In this document: in pieces, positions 1-10,620 of the stretch
Layout: the number at the start of each line of letters is the position of its first letter
How positions within the stretch are numbered: the first letter of the stretch is position 1
Source of the DNA: Saccharolobus solfataricus P2
GTDB lineage: Archaea > Thermoproteota > Thermoprotei_A > Sulfolobales > Sulfolobaceae
DNA: 64,000 nt
Direction: 5' to 3' (one strand)
Assembly: GCF_000007005.1 (NCBI RefSeq)
Contig: NC_002754.1
Translations under genes and position numbers: made by a program
Notes under the pieces: model-generated
Told to the model about the DNA's origin: nothing
Databases searched by the model: none
Seen by the model: only the letters and a program-made list of their open reading frames with translations

Positions 1-609
1 TTGTCCTCCTCCAACTCCTTCACGATTACCTCCATCACCGCCTTGAAACCTTCAGCTACGTTCTTCACGGTCACTGGGATCACGTCCAAGAAGCTCCTCG
101 TCCTCCCCAGGAGGAAGATCGCAGCTTGAACCAGTCCCCACGACGTCCCCTTAGTTGGCTTTATCCTACTCAAGAAACTCTTGTCAGCGTGGTATTGAGG
201 TATGGCATGGAAGTCCACTGCTACCCTCCTGTCCCTGACTCCCCTTAACGTCATCCTCCCCATCTTCCTCAACGCATCCCTCACGTCCTCAACTTGAACC
301 GCGTTCAACTTTCTCAACGCTCTTCTCCCATCTTTTCCCAACCTGCTCAAGTAGCTCCCACTTGCCTTAAGCAAGGCACTGAGGAGTTCCTCAGGGAAAA
401 GTATTTTAGTGAGGATCGAGTAAATTATCTTGAGGGCGGACCTGGCGAAGTCCCGGTTGAACTTCGCCGGTTTAGTTGTATTCTCATGCTTCATATATTC
501 AAGTTCGCCCTCGTATATACAAACTTTTCTCCAGAAATTCTCATCCTCTCAACTTTTTCTGTATTCCATTCATCTCGTTTTTTACGAGAAAAAAGAGATT
601 CCCATACTG
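1..609 (-). mobile_element. ISH3-family IS (ISC1200-like), left part only; transposase runs from 494 off the window edge
   Basis: GC-rich minus-strand frame MKHENTTKPAKFNRDFARSALKIIYSILTKILFPEELL...RVAVDFHAIPQY, open to position 1. The terminus reads CAGTATGGGAATCTC (reverse complement of 595-609), and the same terminus occurs at 60279. Confidence 0.8.
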
Positions 610-955
610 ACGTATTAGATGCAAGCTCCATAATACCGTTGACTGAGTTATTAGGTGAGAAAGCAATAGACCCCTTTAAGAGGAGTATAACTGCAGATTT
701 AGCTGTATACGAAATAGAAAACTTCTTATGGAAGAGGAAATTAGAGAGGCTTACTACACTCTTTATAAACGTGTTGAAGTTTATAGAAATGGAGAGGTTA
801 GATTAAATGAAAAAGTTGTGAAGTTAAGTATAGAAGAAAACCTAACCTATTACGATGCGGTATATCTTTACCTAAGTAGAAAGTTATGGTATAATACTAG
901 TAAATGATGATAAGGACTTGTTGAAAAAGGGCAATGCCAAGTTCAGAGTTAATAA
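610..955 (+). pseudogene. vapC: PIN-domain (VapC) toxin remnant, 5' end cut by the IS and 3' half frameshifted
   Basis: (Y)VLDASSIIPL...DLAVYEIENFLWK, then out-of-frame TYYDAVYLYL and LVNDDKDLL, matching PIN acidic motifs; abuts the IS terminus. Confidence 0.7.
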
Positions 956-960
956 AAATG

Positions 961-1590
961 TTATAACTGCATCCAGTACTGTATCAACTTAAATGCAGCA
1001 TCTTCAAGTTCTCCCTCAAATCTCTTCACATAGTTCGCCACACTTTCATCTCCACCATAAAGCTTAATCCATTGACTAACCATTTCTGAATTAACTTCCA
1101 AATGGAATTGTACACCTAAAGCTCTCTTTACCTTAAAGGCCTGGAAGTAGTTATTGCTATAAGCTAAGAGAACTGCGTCTTGCGGTAACGAAAAAGTATC
1201 CCCATGCCATTGGAACACTGAAAGTTCGTCTTCTCTCATGAAATCCTTCAATTCCCCTAATAACTTTACCTTTTGTATACCAATCTCTTGCCCGAAACCA
1301 CCTTTTATCACTTTACCACCCAAGGCTTCTGCAATTAATTGAGAGCCTAAACAAACTCCTAAAATCCTCTTATTTTCCTTATATCCCTTTTTTATTAAAT
1401 CTATTTCAACTTTTAAAAAATGATATTTATCCCTTTCATAAACTCCCATTGGGCCTCCCATTATTATTAAAGCTTCAAATTGCTCATCTCCCTTAAGTTC
1501 CTCAGCCATTATTTCATTAACGCGAGGTAGGAATTTCTTTAACGTTCCTAACGTTTCTACTGGATGATTGTAAACTGCTAGTATCTTCAT
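961..1590 (-). CDS. Class I glutamine amidotransferase (GMP synthase-like GATase)
   Basis: IIMGGPMGVY, LGVCLGSQL (catalytic Cys), FQWHGDTF, QFHLE (His-Glu). Confidence 0.9.
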   Translation of the reverse strand: MKILAVYNHPVETLGTLKKFLPRVNEIMAEELKGDEQFEALIIMGGPMGVYERDKYHFLKVEIDLIKKGYKENKRILGVCLGSQLIAEALGGKVIKGGFGQEIGIQKVKLLGELKDFMREDELSVFQWHGDTFSLPQDAVLLAYSNNYFQAFKVKRALGVQFHLEVNSEMVSQWIKLYGGDESVANYVKRFEGELEDAAFKLIQYWMQL

Positions 1591-1626
1591 GTGAATAAAA
1601 AATAAGGAAATACAGAAATATAAGTA

Positions 1627-2349
1627 TTAATGACCAACTGCCCTAGCTACCCTCTGCCCAGCGAAAGCTCCTAAGATACCCACAATTGCATCTCCAGGTA
1701 CAGAAGCTAATACGTCGAACTGTATAGTAGCCCAGTTCACTATAGCACCATGTATTAAAGGATTTAGAAATCCTAGGTAAAATATTGGGTCTGGAATAGC
1801 ACATAGTATACCAATTATGGCACCTTCAATTGCAATCAATACTACTCTTTTTATCTTGAGTGAAGTTCCAATGCTATCGCTATACCTAATGTTGAATAGG
1901 TTACCCCTAGTAGCTATAATCACAGCATCTATGAAAAGACCGTAAGTAAATGCCTCATAAATAAAATATAATGGCTGGCCAGCAAAGCCGTAATGGAACA
2001 AATCTGCCAACAATGTATAAATCGTTAAACTCATTGCACCGACTCCGGGTTTTCTGACCAGCGATGCGACTATTAGAAGTATGAAAAGCCTTCCCCAGAA
2101 TCCAATACCTAGAAATGGAGAGCTAGGAAAGAACCTCGCTATGAAACTCCCTACATAGAATTCCCAGACTACACTAAATGCTCCGCCAATTGAAATGTAC
2201 ACGAAGTCAATTGTTGTGAAAGATGACTTAACTAGTCTTCTGCTCAATCCGTAAACTACTAAAGGCGTTAGTATAAAATAAGCAACTACTATTTCCCATG
2301 GTATCATTCCCGGAACTGATGTATCGAATTTTATCCCATTGAATCCCAT
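1627..2349 (-). CDS. ECF-type transporter substrate-binding (S) component, solitary paralog
   Basis: Hydrophobic, with LVRKPG-x-G and YEAFTYGL motifs; closely similar to 35631-36356, which lies in an ECF A/T operon. Start moved to 2349 (MGFNG) to match the paralog and promoter spacing. Confidence 0.7.
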   Translation of the reverse strand: MGFNGIKFDTSVPGMIPWEIVVAYFILTPLVVYGLSRRLVKSSFTTIDFVYISIGGAFSVVWEFYVGSFIARFFPSSPFLGIGFWGRLFILLIVASLVRKPGVGAMSLTIYTLLADLFHYGFAGQPLYFIYEAFTYGLFIDAVIIATRGNLFNIRYSDSIGTSLKIKRVVLIAIEGAIIGILCAIPDPIFYLGFLNPLIHGAIVNWATIQFDVLASVPGDAIVGILGAFAGQRVARAVGH

Positions 2350-2370
2350 ATTATACACTTCATTAATCAT

Positions 2371-2389
2371 TTTATAAAGATTCCGTATA
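2371..2389 (-). promoter_or_regulatory. Promoter (BRE/TATA region) shared with the paralogous S-component gene
   Basis: TATACGGAATCTTTATAAA vs TATAGGAAATCCTTTTAAA (36378-36396): 15/19 identical, both ending 22 nt before the ATG. Confidence 0.6.
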
Positions 2390-2421
2390 GAGAAATTATA
2401 TTATATTTAGAAGCATGTAGA

Positions 2422-3357
2422 CTATATATTACTACCATATATTAATCGATAAATCATTTGAGCTCTTCTAGCTGGATAGGGATGAGTTGATAAAATGTCC
2501 TTAAATGCACTAACCTTAGTTCTCAACCACTGTTCGACTAGCAAGTGAGGATCTTTCTCTTCCACCTTAACTGGTGGAGCTGTCACTATAATTCCAGTGA
2601 ATGGGTCAATCCTAATGTTTTGCATGTAAATTTCAATCTTAGCTAACGCAGTAGCTAAAGCCTTCGACCCCTCTCCTAATACTAGAAAAGAATTATAATC
2701 TGCATAGGATTCTCTCAGCCTATTAAACCATAAGACGAAAATTTGCAAGATGAAAGTTACTACGAATATGACAAATCCTATTGCTAAAGCCGCTATGGCG
2801 AATAATAGTTCAATTTCATCTGCTGCAAGGAATAATGCCAAATATCCGAAATTCATCAGTAGTGTACTTATATATCCTAACACTGTAGGAATAAGACCTA
2901 TTGTCATACCTATCTCAACGTCCCTGTGCTTTATGTGTCCTACTTCATGAGCTATAACTGCGGTTAACTCATCAACGTCCAGAATGTTCAAGAGGGGTAG
3001 AGTTATTCCAACTCTCATCCCGCCTAATCTATTACCGTAAGCAAATGCATTAGGATAAGGTGCGTCGATTACAAAAACTCTAGGGGGCTTAATTTTGGAC
3101 TCCTCAGCTATTCTCCTAACTAAATTGTAAAGCCAGCCGTACTGTGGGTCATTTGGAGAAACTTCATAGCCACCTCTTCCCACTACATAAGGAGATATAA
3201 TCCATTGAAATAGCCAGAAAATTACGAGAGCTGGAAATATAAAAAATAAAGATATATGAAGTAGAGAAGCTATTCCAATCAATACTATACCCTCCGATAT
3301 AATGGTCAGACCTAACGAGATAACCATGCTCGATATCAACCTTTGTCTTACATCCAT
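2422..3357 (-). CDS. htpX: HtpX-like zinc metalloprotease (M48)
   Basis: PNAFA, HEVGH zinc motif, RESYAD, STHP; N-terminal TM segments. Confidence 0.92.
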   Translation of the reverse strand: MDVRQRLISSMVISLGLTIISEGIVLIGIASLLHISLFFIFPALVIFWLFQWIISPYVVGRGGYEVSPNDPQYGWLYNLVRRIAEESKIKPPRVFVIDAPYPNAFAYGNRLGGMRVGITLPLLNILDVDELTAVIAHEVGHIKHRDVEIGMTIGLIPTVLGYISTLLMNFGYLALFLAADEIELLFAIAALAIGFVIFVVTFILQIFVLWFNRLRESYADYNSFLVLGEGSKALATALAKIEIYMQNIRIDPFTGIIVTAPPVKVEEKDPHLLVEQWLRTKVSAFKDILSTHPYPARRAQMIYRLIYGSNI

Positions 3358-3377
3358 GATAAAACCTTGTATATCTT

Positions 3378-4214
3378 TTAATAAAAACCTTTTGCAATAT
3401 CACTTAAGATTCCACTAATAATTGCCATAATCCCCAAGATTATTACGAGTAAAACTACCTTATTAGTCCTAGCAAATCTTAATAATGCGTTGATGAAGAA
3501 GATACTAACAAATGTAGCAACTACGATTGAAATTAGCAAACCAGATAGGCTTACCGAGTGAACTGCTTGTGAAACCTCGTGCTTGCTGAAAAGTACAGTC
3601 ACACTTATGGCACCTAATGCAGCTGGTATTAATGAAATAAAGGATAGTTTAAACGCTTCCTCTGGCTTTACCCCTAACAATATTAACGCAGATGTGGTCA
3701 TTCCAGATCTACTGACTCCGGGAAGAGCTGCCAACCCTTGTGCGATCCCAACGATTATTATATCCCTTAACTTCAAGTCGTGTAACCCTTTTCTAGGGAA
3801 ATAATTCTTCCTTGATAAGTAGATTACAATTCCGTCAATTAATAAGACTACTCCTAGTACTGTCATTGGTAACCCTAAAATTGGTAAAGAGATGACGAAA
3901 AGGTAAAGGGGCACTCCCACAAGCCCAGTAATTATCGTTACAATTACTAAGAACTTCAAGAGTAAATAGTCTTCTCTTCTGGAGGACATCCTAACAAGTG
4001 CCTTTAATAATCCTGAAATCTCACTTCTGAAGTAGAATATTGCAGCAGCAATTGTCCCAATTTCCATAAATAGACCAAAGGAGTATGCTACGTTGAAGGA
4101 AAGACCTAAAAGTGTTGATGAGACGATTAATACTTGGGTTTTACTACTTATTGGTATCCACTCACTTATCCCTTGTACGATTCCTAGGATTACGCCAATT
4201 AATATATAGTTCAT
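3378..4214 (-). CDS. uppP: Undecaprenyl/dolichol-diphosphate phosphatase (BacA family)
   Basis: GIVQGISEWIPISSKTQ and QGLAALPGVSRSGMT motifs. Confidence 0.92.
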   Translation of the reverse strand: MNYILIGVILGIVQGISEWIPISSKTQVLIVSSTLLGLSFNVAYSFGLFMEIGTIAAAIFYFRSEISGLLKALVRMSSRREDYLLLKFLVIVTIITGLVGVPLYLFVISLPILGLPMTVLGVVLLIDGIVIYLSRKNYFPRKGLHDLKLRDIIIVGIAQGLAALPGVSRSGMTTSALILLGVKPEEAFKLSFISLIPAALGAISVTVLFSKHEVSQAVHSVSLSGLLISIVVATFVSIFFINALLRFARTNKVVLLVIILGIMAIISGILSDIAKGFY

Positions 4215-4370
4215 ATGTAAGAAGTCTTATGTTTGGAAATAAGCCTTATCTACATATAATATATATGACAAATAAATTATATAGAAGCTATAATGTAGGA
4301 ATGTAACTTGTTATGAACAAAGAAGCAATCATCAAGCAGCTTTTATATGCATTACAAATTATAATATCTT

Positions 4371-5213
4371 ATGAAAAGAGTAAAGACATATATACCTGGG
4401 CTTGATGAAATCCTTTACGGTGGAATTCCAGAAAGACACATAGTATTAGTTTCGGGTGGACCGGGAACTGGTAAATCAATTCTAGGAAAACAATTCCTAT
4501 ATAACGGGCTAACAAAGGGTGAAGGAGGGGTATTTATAGCCTTAGAGGAACATCCCGTCTCCGTACGTAGAAGCTTTGAGCACTTTAAATGGGATGTGAG
4601 AAAATATGAAAGGGAAGGGAAATTCGCAATAATTGATACATTTACAGGTGGAATTGGTAATGTCGCACAAAGGGAGAAGTACGTTGTGAAAAGCATAGAT
4701 GATGTGAAGGAGTTATCAGAAAACATTAGAGCTGCAATAAAGGATATAAATGCTACTAGAATCGTTGTGGACTCAGTAAGTACACTTTACTTAACGAAAC
4801 CAGCGATGGCTAGGAGTATTGTAATGCAATTGAAGAGAGTTATTTCCGGTCTAGGATGTACTGCGATTTTCGTAAGTCAAGTTTCAGTTGGGGAAAGGGG
4901 ATTTGGTGGGCCAGGCGTGGAACACGCAGTTGATGGTATAATAAGGTTAGACCTTGATGAAGTTGAGGGCGTAATGTATAGGTCAATTATAATTTGGAAG
5001 ATGAGGGATACTAAGATATCTATGGTTAGACACCCAATGGATATAACAGATAATGGAATTATAGTACAATGGGATAAGTATTTGAAGATAAGCAATTGGT
5101 CAGTTTCAATTCAGCCCCTACCAGAAAATGAGATTAGCCAGATGAAGAAAGCTGTTGAAGAAGCCGAAAAGGAAGTTGAGGTTAAGGTTGAGGGAAAAGA
5201 AGAGGAGGAGTAG
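4371..5213 (+). CDS. Single-domain KaiC-like (RecA superfamily) ATPase
   Basis: Walker [32 protein letters not shown]; acidic C-terminal tail. Confidence 0.9.
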   Translation: MKRVKTYIPGLDEILYGGIPERHIVLVSGGPGTGKSILGKQFLYNGLTKGEGGVFIALEEHPVSVRRSFEHFKWDVRKYEREGKFAIIDTFTGGIGNVAQREKYVVKSIDDVKELSENIRAAIKDINATRIVVDSVSTLYLTKPAMARSIVMQLKRVISGLGCTAIFVSQVSVGERGFGGPGVEHAVDGIIRLDLDEVEGVMYRSIIIWKMRDTKISMVRHPMDITDNGIIVQWDKYLKISNWSVSIQPLPENEISQMKKAVEEAEKEVEVKVEGKEEEE

Positions 5214-5249
5214 AGTTAGTTATTTAATAAACAATATAACTTTTAACTT

Positions 5250-6446
5250 ATGAATAAGATAAGCGTTTTTTCCCTAACAATCTCAAGGATTTTGAGAAGT
5301 TTGTCAGCAGGTATAATATTCGTAATCCTACCCTACTTGGTTCTAGTTGAATTGAAATACTCATCGCTAATTCTAGGATTTATATACACCGTTGGCACAT
5401 TTGCTACAGCTATACTTGGACTCGCTGTAGGTTATCTTGCAGACTTATATGGAAGGAAAAATTCCCTAATTCTAGTTTCACTTTTCCTGCCTTTAAGTGT
5501 ATTACTTATTTTCATAAATCACTCCTTAATAGCGCTCTTTATTGCCTCAGCCTTAGGAGGGTATTCCGCCACTGGTGCAGTCGCCGGAGGTGGAATTGGG
5601 GGAATAGTAGCTCCAATTCAGAACGCGCTAATTACTGAGCTAACTGATAACGAGGATAGAACATTTTACTTCTCCCTATTCACATTTTTATCTGGAATAT
5701 CCGCTTCAATTGGTTCCCTCGTAGCTGGATTCTTTACTTCAAAGCAAGGGTTTCTGTTTGCGATAATACTAGGATTTCTGTCAGTTTTAGCACTATTTCC
5801 AATAAGGGCTAAAAACATAAAGGCTAGGTCAGCCTCATTGAAAAGTAAAGTTGTCATAGGGAAGTTCTCAATTACGGGGTTATTAAATGGCATATCTGTA
5901 GGTCTAATAACTCCATTCCTAATTCCGTATTTCATTATCGTATATCACACGCCAAAATCCGAAATGTCAATCTACACTTTCCTTAGTAGTCTTATCGCCT
6001 CAACAATAATCCTCTTGGCCCCGGTTTTAGATAAGAAGATAGGATTTTTGAAGAGTATAGCTATAACTAGGGGTATAGGAGCACTTCTTTCAATTATAAT
6101 GCCCCTCATAAGGGTATTCCCAATATCCCTAGGAATTTACCTTATACTTCCGGGAATGAGAGTGCTAGCGCTACCCATACAACAAAGGGCTATGACGGAA
6201 ATGGTGAGCCAAGATGAAGTAGGTAGAGCCATGGGAATTAATCAAGTGACTAGGTTAGCAGCATCCTCTGGTTCAACTGGTCTCACTGGTTACTTATTCT
6301 CGGAATCGCAGATTGATGTACCATTCTTAGCCTCCGGGATCATAATGGCTTTAAATATTTACATGTACTATAAATTCTTTGGAGGTAAAAATGAAGTTAA
6401 TAGACCTTCACGAGGATCTAGCTTACTCAAACCAACAAGGGATTGA
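5250..6446 (+). CDS. MFS transporter
   Basis: About 12 TM segments; GYLADLYGRK motif A. Confidence 0.88.
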   Translation: MNKISVFSLTISRILRSLSAGIIFVILPYLVLVELKYSSLILGFIYTVGTFATAILGLAVGYLADLYGRKNSLILVSLFLPLSVLLIFINHSLIALFIASALGGYSATGAVAGGGIGGIVAPIQNALITELTDNEDRTFYFSLFTFLSGISASIGSLVAGFFTSKQGFLFAIILGFLSVLALFPIRAKNIKARSASLKSKVVIGKFSITGLLNGISVGLITPFLIPYFIIVYHTPKSEMSIYTFLSSLIASTIILLAPVLDKKIGFLKSIAITRGIGALLSIIMPLIRVFPISLGIYLILPGMRVLALPIQQRAMTEMVSQDEVGRAMGINQVTRLAASSGSTGLTGYLFSESQIDVPFLASGIIMALNIYMYYKFFGGKNEVNRPSRGSSLLKPTRD

Positions 6447-7323
6447 TGTAATTGAAGGTGATAGACAGTCTAGCATTAGAATGCTCAAGGAGTTTGACTC
6501 TTTAGTCTTTGCTTCCATTTTCCCCCATGTGGATACCCTAGATGAGAGGAGTGAGGGATTGACTGCCCTTTACGGAAACCCCACTAGATCGACTAATTTT
6601 TCCATTGAACTGTTTTTAGATCAAGTTAAGTTTTACTATTATTTAGAGAGAAAGAATTTGGTGAAGATTGTGAGAAGTGCTAATGATCTTGAGAAAGAAG
6701 GTGTTAAACTGTTATTATCACTAGAAGGTGCTGATGTATTAAGGGATTATAGCGATATATATCTCTTAAAAGAACTTCATGTTCTCAACTTAGGTCTAAC
6801 TTGGAATTACGATAATAAGTTCGCGTCATCATGTATGTCTAAGAAGGATTACGGATTAACTTCAGAGGGTGAGGAGTTAGTCAGATTAGCTAATAAACTA
6901 GGAATAATAATCGATCTAGCTCATGCTGGTAAGAGAACTGTTCTAGATGTAACGTCAACTTCTAAAAAACCAGTAATAGATTCTCATACTAACTTTACCC
7001 GATTAAAACAGCATAGGAGGAATTTGGACGATGAGGAGATAGAAGCTATAGTTAAGACTAAAGGCGTTATAGGCATTACCGCAATTGTTGCCACTTTAAA
7101 AGAAGCGTCCATTAGTGGTATAGTTGAGAGTATAAAATACTTAGGTGAATCATTTGGCTGGGACTACGTCGCCATAGGGACTGATTTCCTTGGCATAGGT
7201 GAAGCTCCAAAGGGATTTGAGAACATCTTGAAGGTTAAGGAGTTGACCAAGGCAATAGAAGGACACGAGGAAGAAGTTTTATGGAAGAACGCTTTCAGAG
7301 TTATAAAAGAGAATATATCTTGA
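6391..7323 (+). CDS. Membrane dipeptidase family (M19) amidohydrolase
   Basis: IDLHED, SLEG, LTWNYDN, IDLAH, DSHTN, GTDF; GGAGGT Shine-Dalgarno before ATG 6391; overlaps the MFS gene. Confidence 0.88.
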   Translation: MKLIDLHEDLAYSNQQGIDVIEGDRQSSIRMLKEFDSLVFASIFPHVDTLDERSEGLTALYGNPTRSTNFSIELFLDQVKFYYYLERKNLVKIVRSANDLEKEGVKLLLSLEGADVLRDYSDIYLLKELHVLNLGLTWNYDNKFASSCMSKKDYGLTSEGEELVRLANKLGIIIDLAHAGKRTVLDVTSTSKKPVIDSHTNFTRLKQHRRNLDDEEIEAIVKTKGVIGITAIVATLKEASISGIVESIKYLGESFGWDYVAIGTDFLGIGEAPKGFENILKVKELTKAIEGHEEEVLWKNAFRVIKENIS

Positions 7324-7748
7324 TAATGATAGTAAGGCGTTGTTGACCTATTTAGTTTTTTACACTTAACTAAGATATTATCTTCCTTTCAATTAACGTT
7401 TTTAGGTTTGTAATATCCCTCAACTTTTAGTGAAAATTCAACAAGTTCACAAAGTGAAGAGGAAAAAATTGTTAAATAGAACAATACACACTACAATCAC
7501 TCTTTAAATGAGAAACTTTATACCATTTGTCAAGTGTTTACTCGTCCATCATGACCAGATTTCATATTGTAGCAGATTCATACTGTTTCAGCAATTCATT
7601 TAAAAGTATGGAGGAAATTTTTATACTTTGACTAAACACTATTTAATCTTTTAAATATGATTTTGATTCTTTCCTATCGTATGGCTCTTAACCACATGGA
7701 TAAAGTTTTTTATATTTGTATGTCTATATTATTTCGGTGACTTAAAAT

Positions 7749-8180
7749 ATGGTGTTTAAAAATATAGTAGTGGCTTACGACGGATCGCAAAACGCTAAAA
7801 GAGCGTTAGATGTTGCAATAGATCTGGCTAAACGATATGAGGCTAAACTTACTATAATAGAGGTAATAGATACTTCAGTACTTGCTGGAATGGGTTTAGG
7901 TCCAATTCCAGGTGAGGTAATAAATGAAATGTATAATAAGGCTAAGAGAGACGTTGAAGAGGCTAAGGAAAAAGCTGTAAATAGTGGAGTTAAAAACGTT
8001 GAAGCTGTAAACATTGAGGGAGACCCAGCAGCTGCAATAATGGACTACGCTGGAAAGACAGGAGCTGATTTAATAGTCACTGGAAGTAGGGGATTATCAA
8101 CTGTTAAGAGGATATTCCTAGGTAGTGTTTCATCTAGAATTGTCCATGAGGCCAAGATACCAGTATTAGTTGTTAAGTAA
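7749..8180 (+). CDS. Universal stress protein (UspA family)
   Basis: IVVAYDGS, GSRGLS...LGSVS...PVLVVK. Confidence 0.95.
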   Translation: MVFKNIVVAYDGSQNAKRALDVAIDLAKRYEAKLTIIEVIDTSVLAGMGLGPIPGEVINEMYNKAKRDVEEAKEKAVNSGVKNVEAVNIEGDPAAAIMDYAGKTGADLIVTGSRGLSTVKRIFLGSVSSRIVHEAKIPVLVVK

Positions 8181-8562
8181 CTTTTTCTTCCTCTAATTTT
8201 ATGCCCATTCTCTCAGCCCACCTCTTAACTATATCATACCCAAATTTTCTTATGAACTCTTTTCTACCCTCGTCAGTCATCATTAATGGCGTCCACTCTG
8301 TCTCCAAATCCAACTCTACTTTTATACTTTTAGCTTGTACACTTTCCTTAACTACTTGCTCCACAGTATATTCCAAATCTTCTGTAACTGGGCAAGCTGG
8401 TGTAGTAGCTCCTATCCTAACGTATACATCTCCCTCATCACTAATATCTAGTTGATAGATTAATCCTAAGTTAACTATATCTATTGGTATTTCAGGGTCA
8501 TAAACCTCATGTAATCCTTGAATTATCTTTTTCTTCCATTCACCTTTTTCCTTCTTGTTCAT
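8173..8562 (-). CDS. Metal-sulfur cluster assembly factor (DUF59/SufT-like)
   Basis: VYDPEIPIDIVNLGLIY, TTPACP, WTP. Confidence 0.9.
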   Translation of the reverse strand: MNKKEKGEWKKKIIQGLHEVYDPEIPIDIVNLGLIYQLDISDEGDVYVRIGATTPACPVTEDLEYTVEQVVKESVQAKSIKVELDLETEWTPLMMTDEGRKEFIRKFGYDIVKRWAERMGIKLEEEKVT

Positions 8563-8654
8563 ACATTTTTCTTCTATGCTTTTAGAAAATTTATATGATA
8601 CCCCTAAGTAATTAGGTACTGAATATTTATATATTAGAAAAGGAGATTATAATT

Positions 8655-8885
8655 ATGGTTAAGCGTATAGTTCTGAAATGTGAAGTGTGCGGAGAAACGT
8701 TTAGTTCAAATTCCCTATATTATCAGCATAAGGTACTTCAGCACTCTAGCTATAAACCGATGGTAAGGGAAGATGGATATGAATGTCCTGTTTGCCATGA
8801 AAAGAGAAGAGGAGCTGCTAGTATGCTTACACACATTGGATTGCATCATATAACTAACAAGCCATTAAGAGTGGAACTTCAATAG
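8655..8885 (+). CDS. Small protein with two C2H2 zinc fingers
   Basis: CEVC-x12-H-x4-H and CPVC-x12-H-x3-HH. Confidence 0.8.
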   Translation: MVKRIVLKCEVCGETFSSNSLYYQHKVLQHSSYKPMVREDGYECPVCHEKRRGAASMLTHIGLHHITNKPLRVELQ

Positions 8886-8954
8886 TGATTCAAACTCTAG
8901 CAAACCTAATCTATTAGTGTTTTCCTTTTTAAACCAATATGAGAGGTTTAAATT

Positions 8955-9302
8955 ATGATTAAATTAAAGAGAGTTTACGATCCAATAGAAAGGGATGATG
9001 GAATAAGGATCTTAGTGGATAGGTTATGGCCAAGAGGTATTGGCAAGGATAAAGTCGATTTGTGGCTCAAAGACATAGCGCCTAGTGATGAATTACGAAA
9101 GTGGTTTAGTCACGATACTAGTAAATGGGACGAGTTCAAAAAGAAATATTTTGAAGAATTAGATGCTAATCCAAAGATAAGCGTACTATTACAATTAATT
9201 AAAAAAGGTGAAAATATTACTTTACTTTACGCTTCAAAGTCACCGTATAATAATGCAGTAGCGTTAAAGGAGTATCTAGAAAAAAAGATATTAAAACAAT
9301 AG
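8955..9302 (+). CDS. DUF488 (YeaO-like) protein
   Basis: KRVYDP...[11 protein letters not shown]...[14 protein letters not shown]; ITLLY. Confidence 0.9.
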   Translation: MIKLKRVYDPIERDDGIRILVDRLWPRGIGKDKVDLWLKDIAPSDELRKWFSHDTSKWDEFKKKYFEELDANPKISVLLQLIKKGENITLLYASKSPYNNAVALKEYLEKKILKQ

Positions 9303-9319
9303 TTGAGATTCTTTATTAG

Positions 9320-9934
<615 letters not shown>

Positions 9935-9963
9935 ATTTTTTGTTTGGAATATTGAATGGAAGC

Positions 9964-10120
9964 AACAAATTTCATTCATTTGAAACTTAGTTTAAATTCC
10001 TCTAATACCAGTTCCGCCAAATGTTTCAGTTGTGTAACAAAAATTTTTGAAGAAGATTAAGAATTCTGGAATCTCTCTTTGTCAACATCTGAATCTCATG
10101 TTGAGTTGAAAAACAAATTA
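9964..10120. repeat. Dispersed ~155-bp non-coding repeat, copy A
   Basis: Colinear with 59151-59300; shared blocks TTTGAAACTTAGTTTAAATT, TTTTGAAGAAGAT and TTGTCAACATCTGAATCT. Confidence 0.8.
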
Positions 10121-10223
10121 ATATTTTATTATGATTTATACTAAATTAAAAAATGTTATCCACACTCGGAATATTTAAAGAAAGAGAAGGAAGTGGGAAA
10201 AAAGAAAGAAGTATATTCTTGTA

Positions 10224-10499
10224 TTAGAAGAAAGACTTATGCTCGTATAAGGTTTGTGGGACCAGTGGTGTAATTTTCCATGAGATATTAAATTGTTTTG
10301 CTGCTTGCATTAGCAAATCCATATTTTCTACATCCCATTCACAAATTGCAGTCTTTGCATCCTGAGAAATCTTTATGTTTTCCAATTTCATTCCTTTAGG
10401 AAGTTTTTTACCTTTCGCCATGCTAACTAGTTGGTTAAAGAAGTTTGTTACGATTTCCTTCTGACTATCTTCCCACTGATGCACTACAACTACTTTCAT
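10224..10499 (-). CDS. Small hypothetical protein, possibly a dimeric alpha/beta barrel
   Basis: 91-aa ORF with normal composition; beta-rich pattern (VVVVH...TAICEWDVEN). The fold call is inference. Confidence 0.6.
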   Translation of the reverse strand: MKVVVVHQWEDSQKEIVTNFFNQLVSMAKGKKLPKGMKLENIKISQDAKTAICEWDVENMDLLMQAAKQFNISWKITPLVPQTLYEHKSFF

Positions 10500-10620
10500 A
10501 TATTTTTATTTGAAAAAACTAGTATTTATATTTTATTGTTAATTTTCATACTACTTAACATTCCCTATTATCCCTTAACCATTAGGTGTCCAGTATAATA
10601 GTAAAAGGAGAAAAAACACA

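Noticed and set aside
294-806. 170-aa plus-strand ORF
   Set aside because: Chimera of antisense transposase sequence and the VapC remnant; not a real gene.
2750-2950. Short ORFs antisense to well-supported genes (e.g. 2750, 3583, 4415, 5666, 7775, 8201, 34574, 35351, 36624, 53423, 54906, 60941)
   Set aside because: Fully overlapped by confident opposite-strand CDSs; typical shadow ORFs.
10151-10165. TTATCCACA (bacterial DnaA box), also on the minus strand near 59143
   Set aside because: Archaeal genome with no ORB array or cdc6 nearby; expected by chance.
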